The notes: generated by a model from the sequence alone, not told the origin. Positions 53,893 to 64,000 are shown, counted from the first letter of the stretch. The stretch is 64,000 nucleotides of DNA from Candidatus Poribacteria bacterium (GCA_965198235.1 OZ240248.1:3264001-3328000); one strand, 5' to 3'. Numbers and translations are program-made.

Positions 53893-54317
53893 GTCTTTCG
53901 TCCGAAGTAGGTGTTTCGGAGTCTCTAATTTAGTAATAGTTTAACAGAAATTCTGGGCGATTGCAAGAAAAAAGAACATCTTTGGATGTTAATATGTCTA
54001 AACTTTTATCAAGAAACTGCGTCAAAATATTATAAATAAGATAAGATTTTTTTGGCGCGTCTTGAAAGTTAAAACTTAACTGTTAGAATATCGGAGTCTG
54101 TCTTGTATTAAGGTCCGCTGTTAGGAATCCCGCTCACAGGTTAGTAGCAGGAGTACTGGGCGAAATTGGAGAGGCTCGCATTGATGCCACAATTTATAAT
54201 AATAAGGTTTTGGCGAAACTCATGGGTTCCCAAAACTACCTGTTGGAAAATGTTGAACCTACACGAGGTGTCCGCTTGGAGGACACGCCTATAAATGTTG
54301 GAACGGATAAGGAGATG

Positions 54318-55712
54318 TTAATGATTCACAGGAAAAATAAATTCATTGTTTTCTCAAAGATCAAAGGAGCGCGCCGTTTAGGTTTCCGAAGTTTGCTCTT
54401 AAAATTCATCCTCACTGTTCAATTTGCGGTCGTTTTTTGTGTGAGTGCACAGGAACCTGTCACCGAAGTTGATTTAACCCAATCTTTGACACTTGAACAA
54501 TGTATCCAAGTAGGTTTGGAAAGATCGACGAGTATGCGAAATGCGCGTTTAAATCTTGCTATACAGGAACTTCGGATAAAAACTGCGCGTGCTGACTATT
54601 TTCCACGTATTTTTTCAACCGGTGTTTACGATTTTTCTGACCGAATCGACTTCGGCTTTGAACCCGAAAACTACGATTTAGGGCTGAGCGGACAATACAC
54701 AATTTGGGACAATGGTCAACGCGAAGGGGGTTTCGCACAGGCGAAAGAATCACTGAACGCCACTGTGAGCCGCAATGAGAGAATTAAACAGAGCCTAATT
54801 TTGCAAATCACTGAAGCCTATTATGATGTCCTCCAATATCAGGCGTTAGTCATAGTGAGTGAACAGAATTTGGCGCGAGCGCAGGAGAACACACAACGAA
54901 CTAAGGATTTCGTAGAGGCAGGTTCGCTCATTCCAGCGGATGTAGCGACTGCAGAAGTGCGAGAGGGAAATAACAGATTCGCTTTGCTAAATAACCAAAA
55001 TTCACTTCAAATTGCAAAAGCCACATTACCACGGCTTGTTGGCTTAGATCCAGGTGTGCTAATTACTGTTGCGCAGGATGAGTTATATCAGTTATATCAG
55101 CAACGTGGCACAATTGAGAGAGTGGCAATGACGGTTGAAGAAGCTATCCAGATCGCGCTTGACAATCGTCCGGAATTTAAAGAAACGCAAGCGCAATTGA
55201 AGTCACAGGAATGGTCATTGACACTTGCGAAATTACAGCGCTGGCCCCGTCTAAACGCGGATGTGGACTACAACGTTAACCTCGACGATTACCTCCGTGA
55301 GCGTGAGAATTTCTCTGATTTCCGCAGTTGGAGTGCGGGGGTCTCACTAAATTTCACGTTTTTTGATGGTGGTATTTTGGGAAATCGGGTCAAAGAGTTA
55401 GCTATGCAATTAGAACAGGCTCGTGAAAATGCAAGTGACTTGGAGCGCGCTGTCGCCTTAGATGTCCGACAAGCGTATCTAAATCTCAAGCGCGGTGAAA
55501 CCGCTGTCGATATCGCCAGAACACTGGTCACCAACGCTCGACTCAGTTTAGAGGTCATTCAAGGGCGTTTTGATGTTGACAAAGCAATCCTGCTTGAACT
55601 CCTTGATGCCCAAACCAGTTACGCACAAGCGTTAACAGATGAGGTGAATACGTTCTACGATTACAAAATTGCACAAACCCGTTTACAGAACGCAATGGGA
55701 GTGTTACAGTAG
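54318..55712 (+). CDS. TolC-family outer-membrane efflux protein
   Basis: LTLEQCIQ.GL, YFPRI, ALDNRPE, SWSAGVSLNFTFFDGG, LELLDAQ. Start uncertain (AAGGAG at about 54309). Confidence 0.9.
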   Translation, partial: LMIHRKNKFIVFSKIKGARRLGFRSLLLKFILTVQFAVVFCVSAQEPVTEVDLTQSLTLEQCIQVGLERSTSMRNARLNLAIQELRIKTARADYFPRIFSTGVYDFSDRIDFGFEPENYDLGLSGQYTIWDNGQREGGFAQAKESLNATVSRNERIKQSLILQITEAYYDVLQYQALVIVSEQNLARAQENTQRTKDFVEAGSLIPADVATAEVREGNNRFALLNNQNSLQIAKATLPRLVGLDPGVLITVAQDELYQLYQQRGTIERVAMTVEEAIQIALDNRPEFKETQAQLKSQEWSLTLAKLQRWPRLNADVDYNVNLDDYLRERENFSDFRSWSAGVSLNFTFFDGGILGNRVKELAMQLEQARENASDLERAVALDVRQAYLNLKRGETAVDIARTLVTNARLSLEVIQGRFDVDKAILLELLDAQTSYAQALTDEVNTFYDYKIAQTRLQNAMGVLQ

Positions 55713-55714
55713 CC

Positions 55715-57685
55715 ATGAAGATTCAAAAAAAATGGATTATCATCGGAGCGGTTGCTTTAGTTGTTATCGCTGTTGGGGCAATTGGTGCGACTCGGATGAA
55801 CTTCGGTTTCGGTCAAAACAAGAAGGAAACTGAGGAAAAACAGGAAATTGTTCGTCGCGGCGAATTCCTCGTTCGGGTGCGTGAGTCCGGCAATCTGCGT
55901 TCCTTCCTTGAGGTGGATGTCCGCTCGAACGTGGAGGGCGAGATCGTTGAGATTTTCGTTGATGAAGCAGACGAGGTTAAATTGGGAGATCCTTTGCTTC
56001 GAATTGATGATGAGCAAATTCTGGAACAAAGGAAACAAGCAGCGGCGAATCGCGATGCCCGAAAAGCCCAGCTCCAACAGGCAGAACTCCAAATTCGGAT
56101 TACTGAAAAACAGCAAGAGAGTGGGCTTGTGCAAGCACGCAACTCTGTTGCGATGGCACAGGCGACTTTAGATTCATTTGCCGCAACGACACAGCAACGG
56201 ATTACCGAAGCGGAAACGCAGGTAGCGACCACACAAATTGACCTCAACCGCGACCAGATTGGCTTAAAGCAGGCTGAGATCGCTTTAGCACAAGCAAACC
56301 TAATGTTTGATCGGGCAGAAACGAGTGTTGAATCCGCGAGGGTGGCACGTGAAACAGCTGAGTCCGAGTACAATCGGAACAAAGAACTGTTTGATAAGAA
56401 GTTAGTTTCAAAACGGACGTTAGAGGAATCACAAAACCAACTCGCTGGGGCGAAGTCGCAGTATGAAAACGCGCAGAAAGAGGTTGAATCGCAGCGGGGA
56501 ACCATTAGGTCCCAGGAAGAAAATATCAATGTCCGGCAAGAAGCAATTCAGAGTCGTGAATCTACCCTGGAACTCAATAAAAAGAATGTTCTGACGCTTA
56601 AAGAATCCGAAGAGGCACGGAAAAAGCAATTGGAAGCCGAATTGGAGAACGCTCGCACACGGCTCCGTCAATTGGAAGAAACGACTGAAGAAGAGAAGGA
56701 ACTCACCCGTCATGCAAGAGTCGGCGCAGAGGCGGGTTTGCTCCAAGCACAAAGCCAACTTGAGTCTCAACAAGAGCGCTACGAATGGACGACAGTCATA
56801 GCGCCTATAGCTGGTACGGTTACGCGCCTCACTGTTGAGAAGGGGGAAATTATCACCTCGGGGCGTTCTGCTTTTTCACGTGGCGATGCCATCATGCGTA
56901 TTGCTGACCTTAATCAGATGATTGTGAGGACACAGATAAATCAGGTGGAAATCGGAAAAATAAACGAGGAACAACGCGCCGAAATCAGCGTTGATAGTTA
57001 TCCCGATCAAATCTTTCCGGGGAGGGTCAGCGAGATTTCACCGAGTGCGACTCCTCGTACTCCTCAGAGTCAGAGCTCTGTCATCACCTTTGAGGTAGAT
57101 GTAGAGGTCATCGGTTCGCCGCCAGAACTACTACCCGGTATGTCTGCGGATGTTGACATCATTGTGTTTGAAGAATCCGATATCCTTCAACTTCCAATAC
57201 CGGCTGTGCTGAGTCCAAAGGTTTTTACTGTTAAGGCGAAGGTAAATTCAGCGGATCTTGGACAATTTCAGGAGGGGCAGGAACTCAAAATCCGAAGTTT
57301 GATCGGGAAGGAGTTCGATGGACGGGTCGGCAAGATTGCCCCAGAGGAAACCCGTGGTAATCTTGAAATATTACTCGAAGGTGCGCAGAAGGGCTTGAAG
57401 AACGGTCCGACGGAGATCTCCATTGTTATCTCCGAACAAAATGTACTCTCCAATGTAGAAGTCGAAGTTAGTAGCGAGCGACAGTATTTTGTTATGTTAG
57501 ATACAGGTGAATCCAGTAAAGATAACAAAGAGCAAAAAGGGGTTAAAACCCACATTACAATTGGACAACGTAATAACACTCACTTTCAAATCACCGGTGG
57601 TTTGAAGGAAGGGGATCGCGTTTTTGTGCCTTCTATGCAAGAATTAACAAAGGAACAAGGAGATCCAGAGAAAGAGAAAGAATAA
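55715..57685 (+). CDS. MacA/HlyD-like periplasmic adaptor with very long coiled coil
   Basis: N-terminal TM, VDVRSNVEGEIVEIFVDE..VK.GD.L, IAPIAGTV, LLPGMSADV, GLKEGDRV. Confidence 0.9.
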   Translation: MKIQKKWIIIGAVALVVIAVGAIGATRMNFGFGQNKKETEEKQEIVRRGEFLVRVRESGNLRSFLEVDVRSNVEGEIVEIFVDEADEVKLGDPLLRIDDEQILEQRKQAAANRDARKAQLQQAELQIRITEKQQESGLVQARNSVAMAQATLDSFAATTQQRITEAETQVATTQIDLNRDQIGLKQAEIALAQANLMFDRAETSVESARVARETAESEYNRNKELFDKKLVSKRTLEESQNQLAGAKSQYENAQKEVESQRGTIRSQEENINVRQEAIQSRESTLELNKKNVLTLKESEEARKKQLEAELENARTRLRQLEETTEEEKELTRHARVGAEAGLLQAQSQLESQQERYEWTTVIAPIAGTVTRLTVEKGEIITSGRSAFSRGDAIMRIADLNQMIVRTQINQVEIGKINEEQRAEISVDSYPDQIFPGRVSEISPSATPRTPQSQSSVITFEVDVEVIGSPPELLPGMSADVDIIVFEESDILQLPIPAVLSPKVFTVKAKVNSADLGQFQEGQELKIRSLIGKEFDGRVGKIAPEETRGNLEILLEGAQKGLKNGPTEISIVISEQNVLSNVEVEVSSERQYFVMLDTGESSKDNKEQKGVKTHITIGQRNNTHFQITGGLKEGDRVFVPSMQELTKEQGDPEKEKE

Positions 57686-57763
57686 GTCAACATAAACATG
57701 CTAAATTATATTTCTTGTCTATTTTTTTACCTTCATAAGATCTAAGGTTAAGGAGGAAACATT

Positions 57764-58468
57764 GTGTTAATAGATGTAAGAGATTTGACAAAAGTCTATC
57801 AAATGGGTGATGTGCAGGTGCATGCCTTACGAGGTGTGTCCTTCAATATAACACAAGGCGAATTCATCGCGATTATGGGACCATCCGGTTCTGGAAAATC
57901 GACGATGATGGATATTCTGGGGTGTCTCGCAACGCCGACATCCGGAGAGTATTTCCTTGAAGGTGAAGAGGTCGGGAAACTGTCCGATAATCGTTTGGCT
58001 GACATTCGGAATAAAAAGATCGGTTTTGTGTTTCAGTCGTTTAACCTGCTGCCGCGAACGAGTGCACTCAATAATGTTGAATTACCGCTTATTTACTCGG
58101 GTTTGGGCAGAAAAGAACGCAAACGGCGAGCCTTTGAATCCTTGGAAGCAGTAGGTTTAGCAGACCGAGTCGATCACAAGTCGACCGAGTTGTCTGGTGG
58201 ACAAATTCAGCGTGTGGCGATTGCCCGGGCTTTAGTCAATAAGCCCTCAATGATCTTCGCTGATGAACCGACAGGTAACTTGGATACCCGTTCTGGCACC
58301 GAAATTATGGCGATTTTCAACCGTTTGAACGACGAAGGAAATACCATCATCATGGTGACACACGAAGCTGAAGTTGCTGAACATGCCAAACGAGTCCTTC
58401 ACATTCGTGACGGTTTAATCGAGCGAGATGTCAGACAGAATGGGCATAATGGCGGGGATACTGGCTAA
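57764..58468 (+). CDS. ABC transporter ATP-binding protein (MacB/LolD type)
   Basis: AAGGAGG RBS; [49 protein letters not shown]. Confidence 0.95.
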   Translation: MLIDVRDLTKVYQMGDVQVHALRGVSFNITQGEFIAIMGPSGSGKSTMMDILGCLATPTSGEYFLEGEEVGKLSDNRLADIRNKKIGFVFQSFNLLPRTSALNNVELPLIYSGLGRKERKRRAFESLEAVGLADRVDHKSTELSGGQIQRVAIARALVNKPSMIFADEPTGNLDTRSGTEIMAIFNRLNDEGNTIIMVTHEAEVAEHAKRVLHIRDGLIERDVRQNGHNGGDTG

Positions 58469-58484
58469 TCTACGGAAAGTCCGC

Positions 58485-58580
58485 ATGAAAAAGGCTTGCC
58501 TTTTTACCCTTGTTGTATTCTGTTTTACTGCTTCTCAGGTGCAGGCGCAGATTAAGTGGGATGCTGCAAAGTTCATGCCG
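58485..58580 (+). pseudogene. 5' remnant of an S55-peptidase paralog
   Basis: MKKACLFTLVVFCFTASQVQAQIKWDAAKFMP matches MKKTLLCALVIFCLAAYHSYAQIEWDAEKFMP at 43998; 58545-58580 matches 44058-44093 at 33/36 nt. Confidence 0.75.
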
Positions 58581-58588
58581 ATACAATT

Positions 58589-59557
58589 ATGCACCACGTC
58601 AAAATTACCACTCCGTCCCGTTTACACTTTTCTCTACTTGATTTGAACGGTGCATTGGGACGGATTGATGGAGGGTTCGGTCTCGCAATTGCTGAGCCCA
58701 ATTTTCAAATTGTTGCTGAGCGGGCAACCGGAATTCATCTACCATCTTCTGTATACCGTAATCGGGCTGCTGCAGTACTTGAGCGACTTCAAGAAACCTA
58801 TCCCTTCCCCGGCATTAAATTAACATTTCAATCTGAAATCCCGATGCATTGCGGATTCGGATCTGGAACGCAACTCTCTCTTGGTGTTGCCCAGGCAGTC
58901 AATGTGCTATACGAACTTGGGTTAGATGTGCAAGAATTGGCAAAAGTTGCCGGACGTGGCGGCACTTCAGGTATTGGTGTTGCAGCATTCAGGACAGGTG
59001 GATTCATCGTCGATGGCGGACATCGTTTTCCAGAACAGAAGTCATCATTCCTCCCTTCTTCTGCCCTTGGGGATATTTCGCCACCTCCGGTTTTACTCCG
59101 TTACTCGTTTCCAGAAGTGCCGTTGCTAATTGTCATGCCGAATTGTTCACGAATTTATGGTAATAAAGAGATCGAGTTGTTTCAGACCCTCTGTCCACAA
59201 CCGGAATGGGTTGCACAGAAACTTTCACACATCCTATTGATGCAGGTACTTCCTGCGTTGGTTGAAGGAGATATGCACACCTTTGGCAAAGCCTTAAATC
59301 AAATTCAAACATTTGGATGGAAAAAAGTGGAAATTGACGCACAAGGTGCTGAGCTCCGATTGACGCTTGACTTCTTACGCGACAGTGGAGTTTTCGGTGC
59401 AGGCGTTAGCAGTTGGGGGTCGGCAATTTGCGTGATGGGTGAGGATATTGATAGGTTAAAGCGGGGCACCGAAGCATTCCTAAAAACGCTTCCGGATGGT
59501 GGTTCCTGTTTTGTTACGCAGGCGAACAACCTGGGTGCGCACGTTGTGTCAGGTTAA
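58589..59557 (+). CDS. Beta-ribofuranosylaminobenzene 5'-phosphate (RFAP) synthase family, GHMP-kinase fold (MptG-like)
   Basis: ITTPSRLHFSLLDLNG..GRIDGGFG, IPMHCGFGSGTQL, GRGGTSGIGV.AF..GGFIVDGGH, FLPSS, GVSSWG. Confidence 0.88.
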   Translation: MHHVKITTPSRLHFSLLDLNGALGRIDGGFGLAIAEPNFQIVAERATGIHLPSSVYRNRAAAVLERLQETYPFPGIKLTFQSEIPMHCGFGSGTQLSLGVAQAVNVLYELGLDVQELAKVAGRGGTSGIGVAAFRTGGFIVDGGHRFPEQKSSFLPSSALGDISPPPVLLRYSFPEVPLLIVMPNCSRIYGNKEIELFQTLCPQPEWVAQKLSHILLMQVLPALVEGDMHTFGKALNQIQTFGWKKVEIDAQGAELRLTLDFLRDSGVFGAGVSSWGSAICVMGEDIDRLKRGTEAFLKTLPDGGSCFVTQANNLGAHVVSG

Positions 59558-59565
59558 AAATAAAA

Positions 59566-59589
59566 ACGGGCGGATGGTGACATCCGCCC
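59566..59589. terminator. Probable bidirectional terminator
   Basis: ACGGGCGGATG-GTGA-CATCCGCCCGT hairpin with an A run on the left, between convergent genes. Confidence 0.75.
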
Positions 59590-59599
59590 GTCATTTGTG

Positions 59600-60214
59600 T
59601 TATCCCTTGCTTGGGGAATAGTACGGGTCATCTCCAGCAGCGTGATCGGTGGTGTCAATCACGTGCTTGATTTCAGGGAAGACCTCTTGAATCATCGCCT
59701 CGATGCCGTGTTTGAGTGTGACATTTGCCATGCCGCAGCCTTGGCAGCCGCCGCCCATATGAATGTATATAGCATCGTCCTCGACATTCAGGAGTTCTAT
59801 CTCTCCACCGTGTGCCGCAACAGCCGGATTGATCCGTTCGTCAATAAGCTTCTGAACCTCTTGTGCTTTTGGATTGTCCCATGTTGGTGTGTTTGGGTTC
59901 TCAATGTTGAACCCACTCGAATTCAGGTCATCGACATAGTCAATCACAGTACCTTTAAGGTCAGGTGCGCTTTCCGCGTCGACGAGTACATTAAAATTCT
60001 CACATTCAACAACAATGTCATCCGCTTGTGCTTCAGTAGCTAAACCAAGGCTGTATTGAAAAGCGGTGGCAGTTCTACCTTGGATACTAATGCGTAGCCC
60101 TTCAACTTCAACCTCTTCGGTTTCTATCACTGCCTGAATTTTCTCTTGTGCGGCTTCTGTGACTGTAAGCAAAGCGGTTTCAGTTCCCTTGAGCTTTTTC
60201 AAGAAATTCTTCAT
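59600..60214 (-). CDS. nfuA: Fe-S biogenesis protein NfuA
   Basis: Degenerate A-type domain (TVTEAA, LKGTVIDYV, GFNIENPN) plus NifU-C domain (INPAVAAHGG, GGGCQGC, DTTDH). Confidence 0.9.
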   Translation of the reverse strand: MKNFLKKLKGTETALLTVTEAAQEKIQAVIETEEVEVEGLRISIQGRTATAFQYSLGLATEAQADDIVVECENFNVLVDAESAPDLKGTVIDYVDDLNSSGFNIENPNTPTWDNPKAQEVQKLIDERINPAVAAHGGEIELLNVEDDAIYIHMGGGCQGCGMANVTLKHGIEAMIQEVFPEIKHVIDTTDHAAGDDPYYSPSKG

Positions 60215-60235
60215 AATTGCCTTCCATGAGCGGTG

Positions 60236-61507
60236 TTATGCGGCCCAGGATTGACGATTTGACCGAAATTCGCCCATTTCGTCATAAAGGTCATACAATC
60301 GTTTGATTGCATCTATTTCCAGTTGGCGAACTCGTTCCCGGGTAACTTCCAAAGCGACGCCGATTTCTCGGAGTGTTTTCCGTTCTCCGTCCTCAAGTCC
60401 GAAACGCATCTTCAATACTCTTTGTTCGCGCTCTGGGAGTTTTTTGAGAAATTGAGCGGTCAAATCCTTATTAATCATTTCTGCGATCGGACCGTCTTCT
60501 CCACTCGTTGTTGGGTCTTCGATTAAGTCGCCTAATGTAGCAGCAGAACGTTCGTCGCTCAGTGGTAAATCCATCGAGATAGCGTCAGCGTTAAACGTTA
60601 AAATTGCTTCGACCTGTTTCACTGTCAAGTCTAAAGCGTCTGCTATTTCGTCGCGCCGCGGCTCGCGTTGTAGTTCTTGACACAACGTTGCGTAGACGGC
60701 ATCGAACTTGTTCATCTTTGCAACTACGTAGGAAGGTAATCGAATGGAACGGGAAAAATTGTCAAGGGTACGCATAATGGCTTGTTTAATCCACCAAATC
60801 GCGTACGTACTGAATTTAAAACCCTTCTGATAGTCAAACTTGCTTGCTGCTTTAATCAGTCCGATGTTTCCTTCTTGAATCAAATCTTCGAGTGGAACGT
60901 TGTGACCCTGGTATTTAACTGCGATAGAAATTACGAGTCGTAGATTCGCTTGGACAAGTTCATCTCGTGCACTACGTGCTTCGCTCTCCGCTACTCCAAT
61001 CCGTTTCGTCAGTTCATCTGTTTCTTCGTCAGATAATGAGCCACCTTTCACTAGTGCGTCTTGTAGTTCGCTTACCAGTGCTTTTCTTGTTTCGCTCCTG
61101 CCAGCTTCAATTTGTTCTGTCAGTTGCTCTTTCTTCTCGCGAGATAATAGGTTTACTTCCACTAAGGCATCTAATAGTTCATCTAGTGCTTTAGCCTCTA
61201 CGGCTTCAATCCGTTCTGCCAGTTGCTCTTTCTTCTCGCGAGGTAATAGGTTTACTTCCACTAAGGCATCTAATAGTTCATCTAGTGCTTTAGCCTCTGC
61301 GGTTTCAATCCGTTTCGCCAATTGAACTTCTTCCTCACGGGTTAACAGACGGTGACCTGCTACGCTCCGAAGCCAACTCGTTAAAGCGCTCTGATCGCTA
61401 CCTTTATAACTTTCTGAGGGTTCTGTTTCATCTGGTGGATATGTTGCATCCATGTATGGATCAACACTTTCAATACTTGCTGTTTCACCGAAAAACTCGG
61501 CTTCCAT
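60236..61507 (-). CDS. RNA polymerase sigma-70 factor (RpoD/SigA-like, lacking a full region 1.1)
   Basis: LLTREEEVQLA (1.2), ANLRLVISIA, DLIQEGNIGL, KFSTYAIWWIKQAI, RSIRLP, TLREIG..LEVTRERVRQLE. Confidence 0.92.
   Translation of the reverse strand: MEAEFFGETASIESVDPYMDATYPPDETEPSESYKGSDQSALTSWLRSVAGHRLLTREEEVQLAKRIETAEAKALDELLDALVEVNLLPREKKEQLAERIEAVEAKALDELLDALVEVNLLSREKKEQLTEQIEAGRSETRKALVSELQDALVKGGSLSDEETDELTKRIGVAESEARSARDELVQANLRLVISIAVKYQGHNVPLEDLIQEGNIGLIKAASKFDYQKGFKFSTYAIWWIKQAIMRTLDNFSRSIRLPSYVVAKMNKFDAVYATLCQELQREPRRDEIADALDLTVKQVEAILTFNADAISMDLPLSDERSAATLGDLIEDPTTSGEDGPIAEMINKDLTAQFLKKLPEREQRVLKMRFGLEDGERKTLREIGVALEVTRERVRQLEIDAIKRLYDLYDEMGEFRSNRQSWAA
61104..61325. repeat. 99-bp tandem duplication within the sigma factor gene
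   Basis: Repeat units start at 61104, 61203 and (partially) 61302; protein EAKALDELLDALVEVNLL.REKKEQL.E.IE occurs twice. Confidence 0.9.
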
Positions 61508-61550
61508 CTTTCTCCTCTCCTTCTATCGAATTTTGATAAGACGAAGATTA

Positions 61551-61580
61551 ATGATACATTATGTTAAAACGTTTTGTCAA
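61551..61580 (-). promoter_or_regulatory. Sigma-70 promoter for the sigma gene
   Basis: Minus-strand TTGACA-N18-TATCAT; AGGAG-rich RBS before ATG 61507. Confidence 0.5.
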
Positions 61581-61799
61581 GTAAAATGTTTAAAAAAAAA
61601 CGAAATTTCACCAAAAAACCCGAAAAAACAAGGATTTTAACAGGATTTTACGAAAAAAAGAGCACGACGAGACAATTGCGCCATCATCTCGCGTAAAAAA
61701 TCGCGCGAGGCATTCTCGACTACAAGAAAAGAACGCTATAGGTCTCAGCGAAGGAATCCTCTTGTTTGTTCCAGAGGGTCGAAATATAGACAAACGAGG

Positions 61800-62294
61800 C
61801 TATGTAGAATGTCCAATTAAGAGCACCACTGCTGGTAGTGAAGTCTCTGCCGCCTGTTCAAATGCTCTCGCGATGCAGGGAACATCTGCGTCTGTTTCAA
61901 GCATTTCATAAAAGAGATTCCATACTTTCAACGTCGGTTCAAGGAAAGTCGCTACAGAATCGACCCATTGTCCATCTGTCCCTCGGTTGTGGTAACCGCG
62001 ATATCCAATGAATACCACTACTGGGACCTGCATGTTGACAACGGTGCCTCGGATCGCATCGCCGGATTCCAAGAATCCGGTATTTTGGATGATAATAACA
62101 GGCTTTTTGCCACCAACGTACAATCCAGATGCAATAGCAAATGCCTCTCCTTCACGGGTGACCGTAATGACTTCAATACCAGGCTCTGATCGTAAGAGTT
62201 CATAAATCCGGGCACTGCCGTTATCTGGAACGCCAACAGCGTGGGTAATCTCCTGTTTTTTTAATTCATTTATTATCTTCTGTGCTGATGCCAA
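61800..62294 (-). CDS. comD: Sulfopyruvate/phosphonopyruvate decarboxylase alpha-subunit-like TPP-binding protein
   Basis: VGVPDN, TREGEAFAIASGLYVGGKKP..IIQNTG, IGYRG, EPTL. Confidence 0.75.
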   Translation of the reverse strand: MASAQKIINELKKQEITHAVGVPDNGSARIYELLRSEPGIEVITVTREGEAFAIASGLYVGGKKPVIIIQNTGFLESGDAIRGTVVNMQVPVVVFIGYRGYHNRGTDGQWVDSVATFLEPTLKVWNLFYEMLETDADVPCIARAFEQAAETSLPAVVLLIGHST

Positions 62295-62380
62295 TGTGTG
62301 CTCCTAATCCTGTTCTTATGGGCAAAAATAAGTAATTGGATAGTGGGCAGACGTTATGCCTGCCCGTGCGATTGTGATTT

Positions 62381-64000
62381 CTATCGTCTCCCTTCAACCA
62401 AAGCATCAACCACTGTTGGATCGGCGAGGGTGGAGGTATCACCGAGGTCGGAGATGTCGCCTTCCGCGATTTTACGGAGGATACGCCGCATAATCTTGCC
62501 GGATCTCGTCTTTGGCAGTGCAGGCGTAAACTGAATCTTGTCAGGCGTGGCGATAGGTCCGATGTGTTGTCGGACCGCCTGTTTGATGCCTGTTTCTACC
62601 GTGTCAGATGCCGATTCGCCTGTCATAAGAGTAACATACGCGTAGATGCCTTGTCCCTTGATGTCGTGTGGATAACCGACGACTGCAGCTTCTGCCACTG
62701 CCTCGTGTTGCCCGATTGCACCTTCGACCTCTGCTGTGCCTAATCGGTGTCCAGAGACGTTCAGAACATCGTCCACGCGTCCTGTAATCCAATAATAACC
62801 ATCTTCATCGCGTAGAACCCCATCGCCTGTCATGTAGTAGCCGGGGAATCGGCGGAAATAGGTGTCCAAAAACCGTTCATGGTCGCCGTAGATGGTTCGC
62901 ATGATGCCGGGCCACGCCGTCTTAATACAGAGATAGCCGGTTGCAGGGTTCCCTTCCACTTCGTTACCGCTTTCATCAAGTATCACCGGTTCAATTCCAA
63001 AGAACGGAAAGGTTGCCGAGCCAGGTTTCAGTGGCGTTGCAGCAGGCAGTGGTGTCATCAAAATCCCACCCGTTTCGGTTTGCCACCATGTATCCACGAT
63101 GGGGCACCGTTCCTCTCCAACTATGTTGTAGTACCACAGCCACTCCGGTTCTTTGATCGGTTCACCCACCGTACCGAGCAGCCTGAGCGTGGATCTGTCG
63201 TACTTTTCGACCCATGTATTCCCTTCTTTCATCAGCGCGCGTAGTGCTGTCGGGGCAGTGTAGAAGATATTAATGTTATGCTTCTCAACGACCTGCCAAA
63301 AGCGTCCAAAGTCCGGATAGTTTGGCACGCCTTCAAACATCACGCTAATCGCACGGTTTGCGAGTGGACCGTAGATAATGTAAGAATGTCCAGTGATCCA
63401 ACCTATGTCGGCTGTGCACCAGTAGACATCGCCTTTGTGATAGTCAAAAACCTGTTGATGTGTGTAGGAGGTATAGACAAGATATCCACCTGTAGTATGC
63501 AAAACGCCTTTCGGTTTACCGGTTGAGCCGGAGGTGTATAGAATAAAAAGCGGGTCTTCAGCATTCATAACTGCTGGTTCGCATTCTGTATCTGCGTTCG
63601 CCATTGCTTCGTGCCACCAAATATCTCGCGAATCATCAAAATCGACGGCATCTCCAGTGCGCTCCACGACGACAACTTTTTCAATAGAGGGACATTCAGC
63701 AACAGCGGCATCGGCGTTTGCCTTCATCGGTATGTCGCTACGGGGACCACGCATTGCCGTGTCCTGCGTTATCAGCAGTTTACACGCTGAGTCGTTAATT
63801 CTGTCTCGGAGGGATTCCGCTGAAAATGCGCCGAAGACGATAGAATGGACAGCACCAATCCTTGCACACGCTAACATCGCGATTGCCAACTCTGGAACCA
63901 TCTGTAAGTAGATACAGACGCGGTCGCCTTTTTCTATGCCTTGTGCCTTCAGTACATTGGCAAACTTTTTGACCTCAGCGAGGAGTTCACTGTAGCTGAA
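62381..64000 (-). CDS. acs: Acetyl-CoA synthetase (5' end outside the window)
   Basis: Frame open to the window edge; [49 protein letters not shown]. Confidence 0.96.
   Translation of the reverse strand, partial: FSYSELLAEVKKFANVLKAQGIEKGDRVCIYLQMVPELAIAMLACARIGAVHSIVFGAFSAESLRDRINDSACKLLITQDTAMRGPRSDIPMKANADAAVAECPSIEKVVVVERTGDAVDFDDSRDIWWHEAMANADTECEPAVMNAEDPLFILYTSGSTGKPKGVLHTTGGYLVYTSYTHQQVFDYHKGDVYWCTADIGWITGHSYIIYGPLANRAISVMFEGVPNYPDFGRFWQVVEKHNINIFYTAPTALRALMKEGNTWVEKYDRSTLRLLGTVGEPIKEPEWLWYYNIVGEERCPIVDTWWQTETGGILMTPLPAATPLKPGSATFPFFGIEPVILDESGNEVEGNPATGYLCIKTAWPGIMRTIYGDHERFLDTYFRRFPGYYMTGDGVLRDEDGYYWITGRVDDVLNVSGHRLGTAEVEGAIGQHEAVAEAAVVGYPHDIKGQGIYAYVTLMTGESASDTVETGIKQAVRQHIGPIATPDKIQFTPALPKTRSGKIMRRILRKIAEGDISDLGDTSTLADPTVVDALVEGRR

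Noticed and set aside
1-64000. tRNA, rRNA or known riboswitch
   Set aside because: No cloverleaf/T-loop or rRNA signatures were recognised in intergenic regions by eye. A covariance search would be needed to exclude small RNAs.

Overview
Gene-dense bacterial chromosomal window of about 47-50% GC by eye. It is probably from Ca. Poribacteria, inferred from secreted proteins ending in a V(E/D)xxxK(L/M)AxTW(G/A)x(L/I)K motif and from many TPR, HEAT and FG-GAP proteins. Contents in order: (i) a type II secretion/pseudopilus operon (gspE-F-G-H-I-J-K, PilM-like, GspM/PilO-like, gspD; 2.3-16.7 kb), five of whose intergenic spacers hold one family of long inverted-repeat elements with a covarying hairpin; (ii) TPR, CRTAC1/FG-GAP and FGE-sulfatase genes plus three secreted proteins sharing the C-terminal motif; (iii) a squalene-hopene cyclase-like gene with a GT2; (iv) a partly decayed defence island (27.4-36.4 kb) with a helicase-less Type ISP-like R-M enzyme, an IS3 relic, a frameshifted FRG-TPR-TaqI_C chimera and an internally deleted ABC-ATPase/HEPN gene; (v) envelope and housekeeping genes: TonB receptor, rhodanese, NtrBC-type pair, glpK, S55 peptidase plus beta-propeller, bioA, ferredoxin fusion, truD, PEGA protein, TolC/MacA/ABC ATPase, RFAP synthase, nfuA, a sigma-70 with an internal tandem repeat, comD and acs. 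GTAG-type REP palindromes are frequent, and several sit in frame inside proteins. No rRNA, tRNA or CRISPR array was seen. All calls come from reading motifs by eye; no database searches were run.
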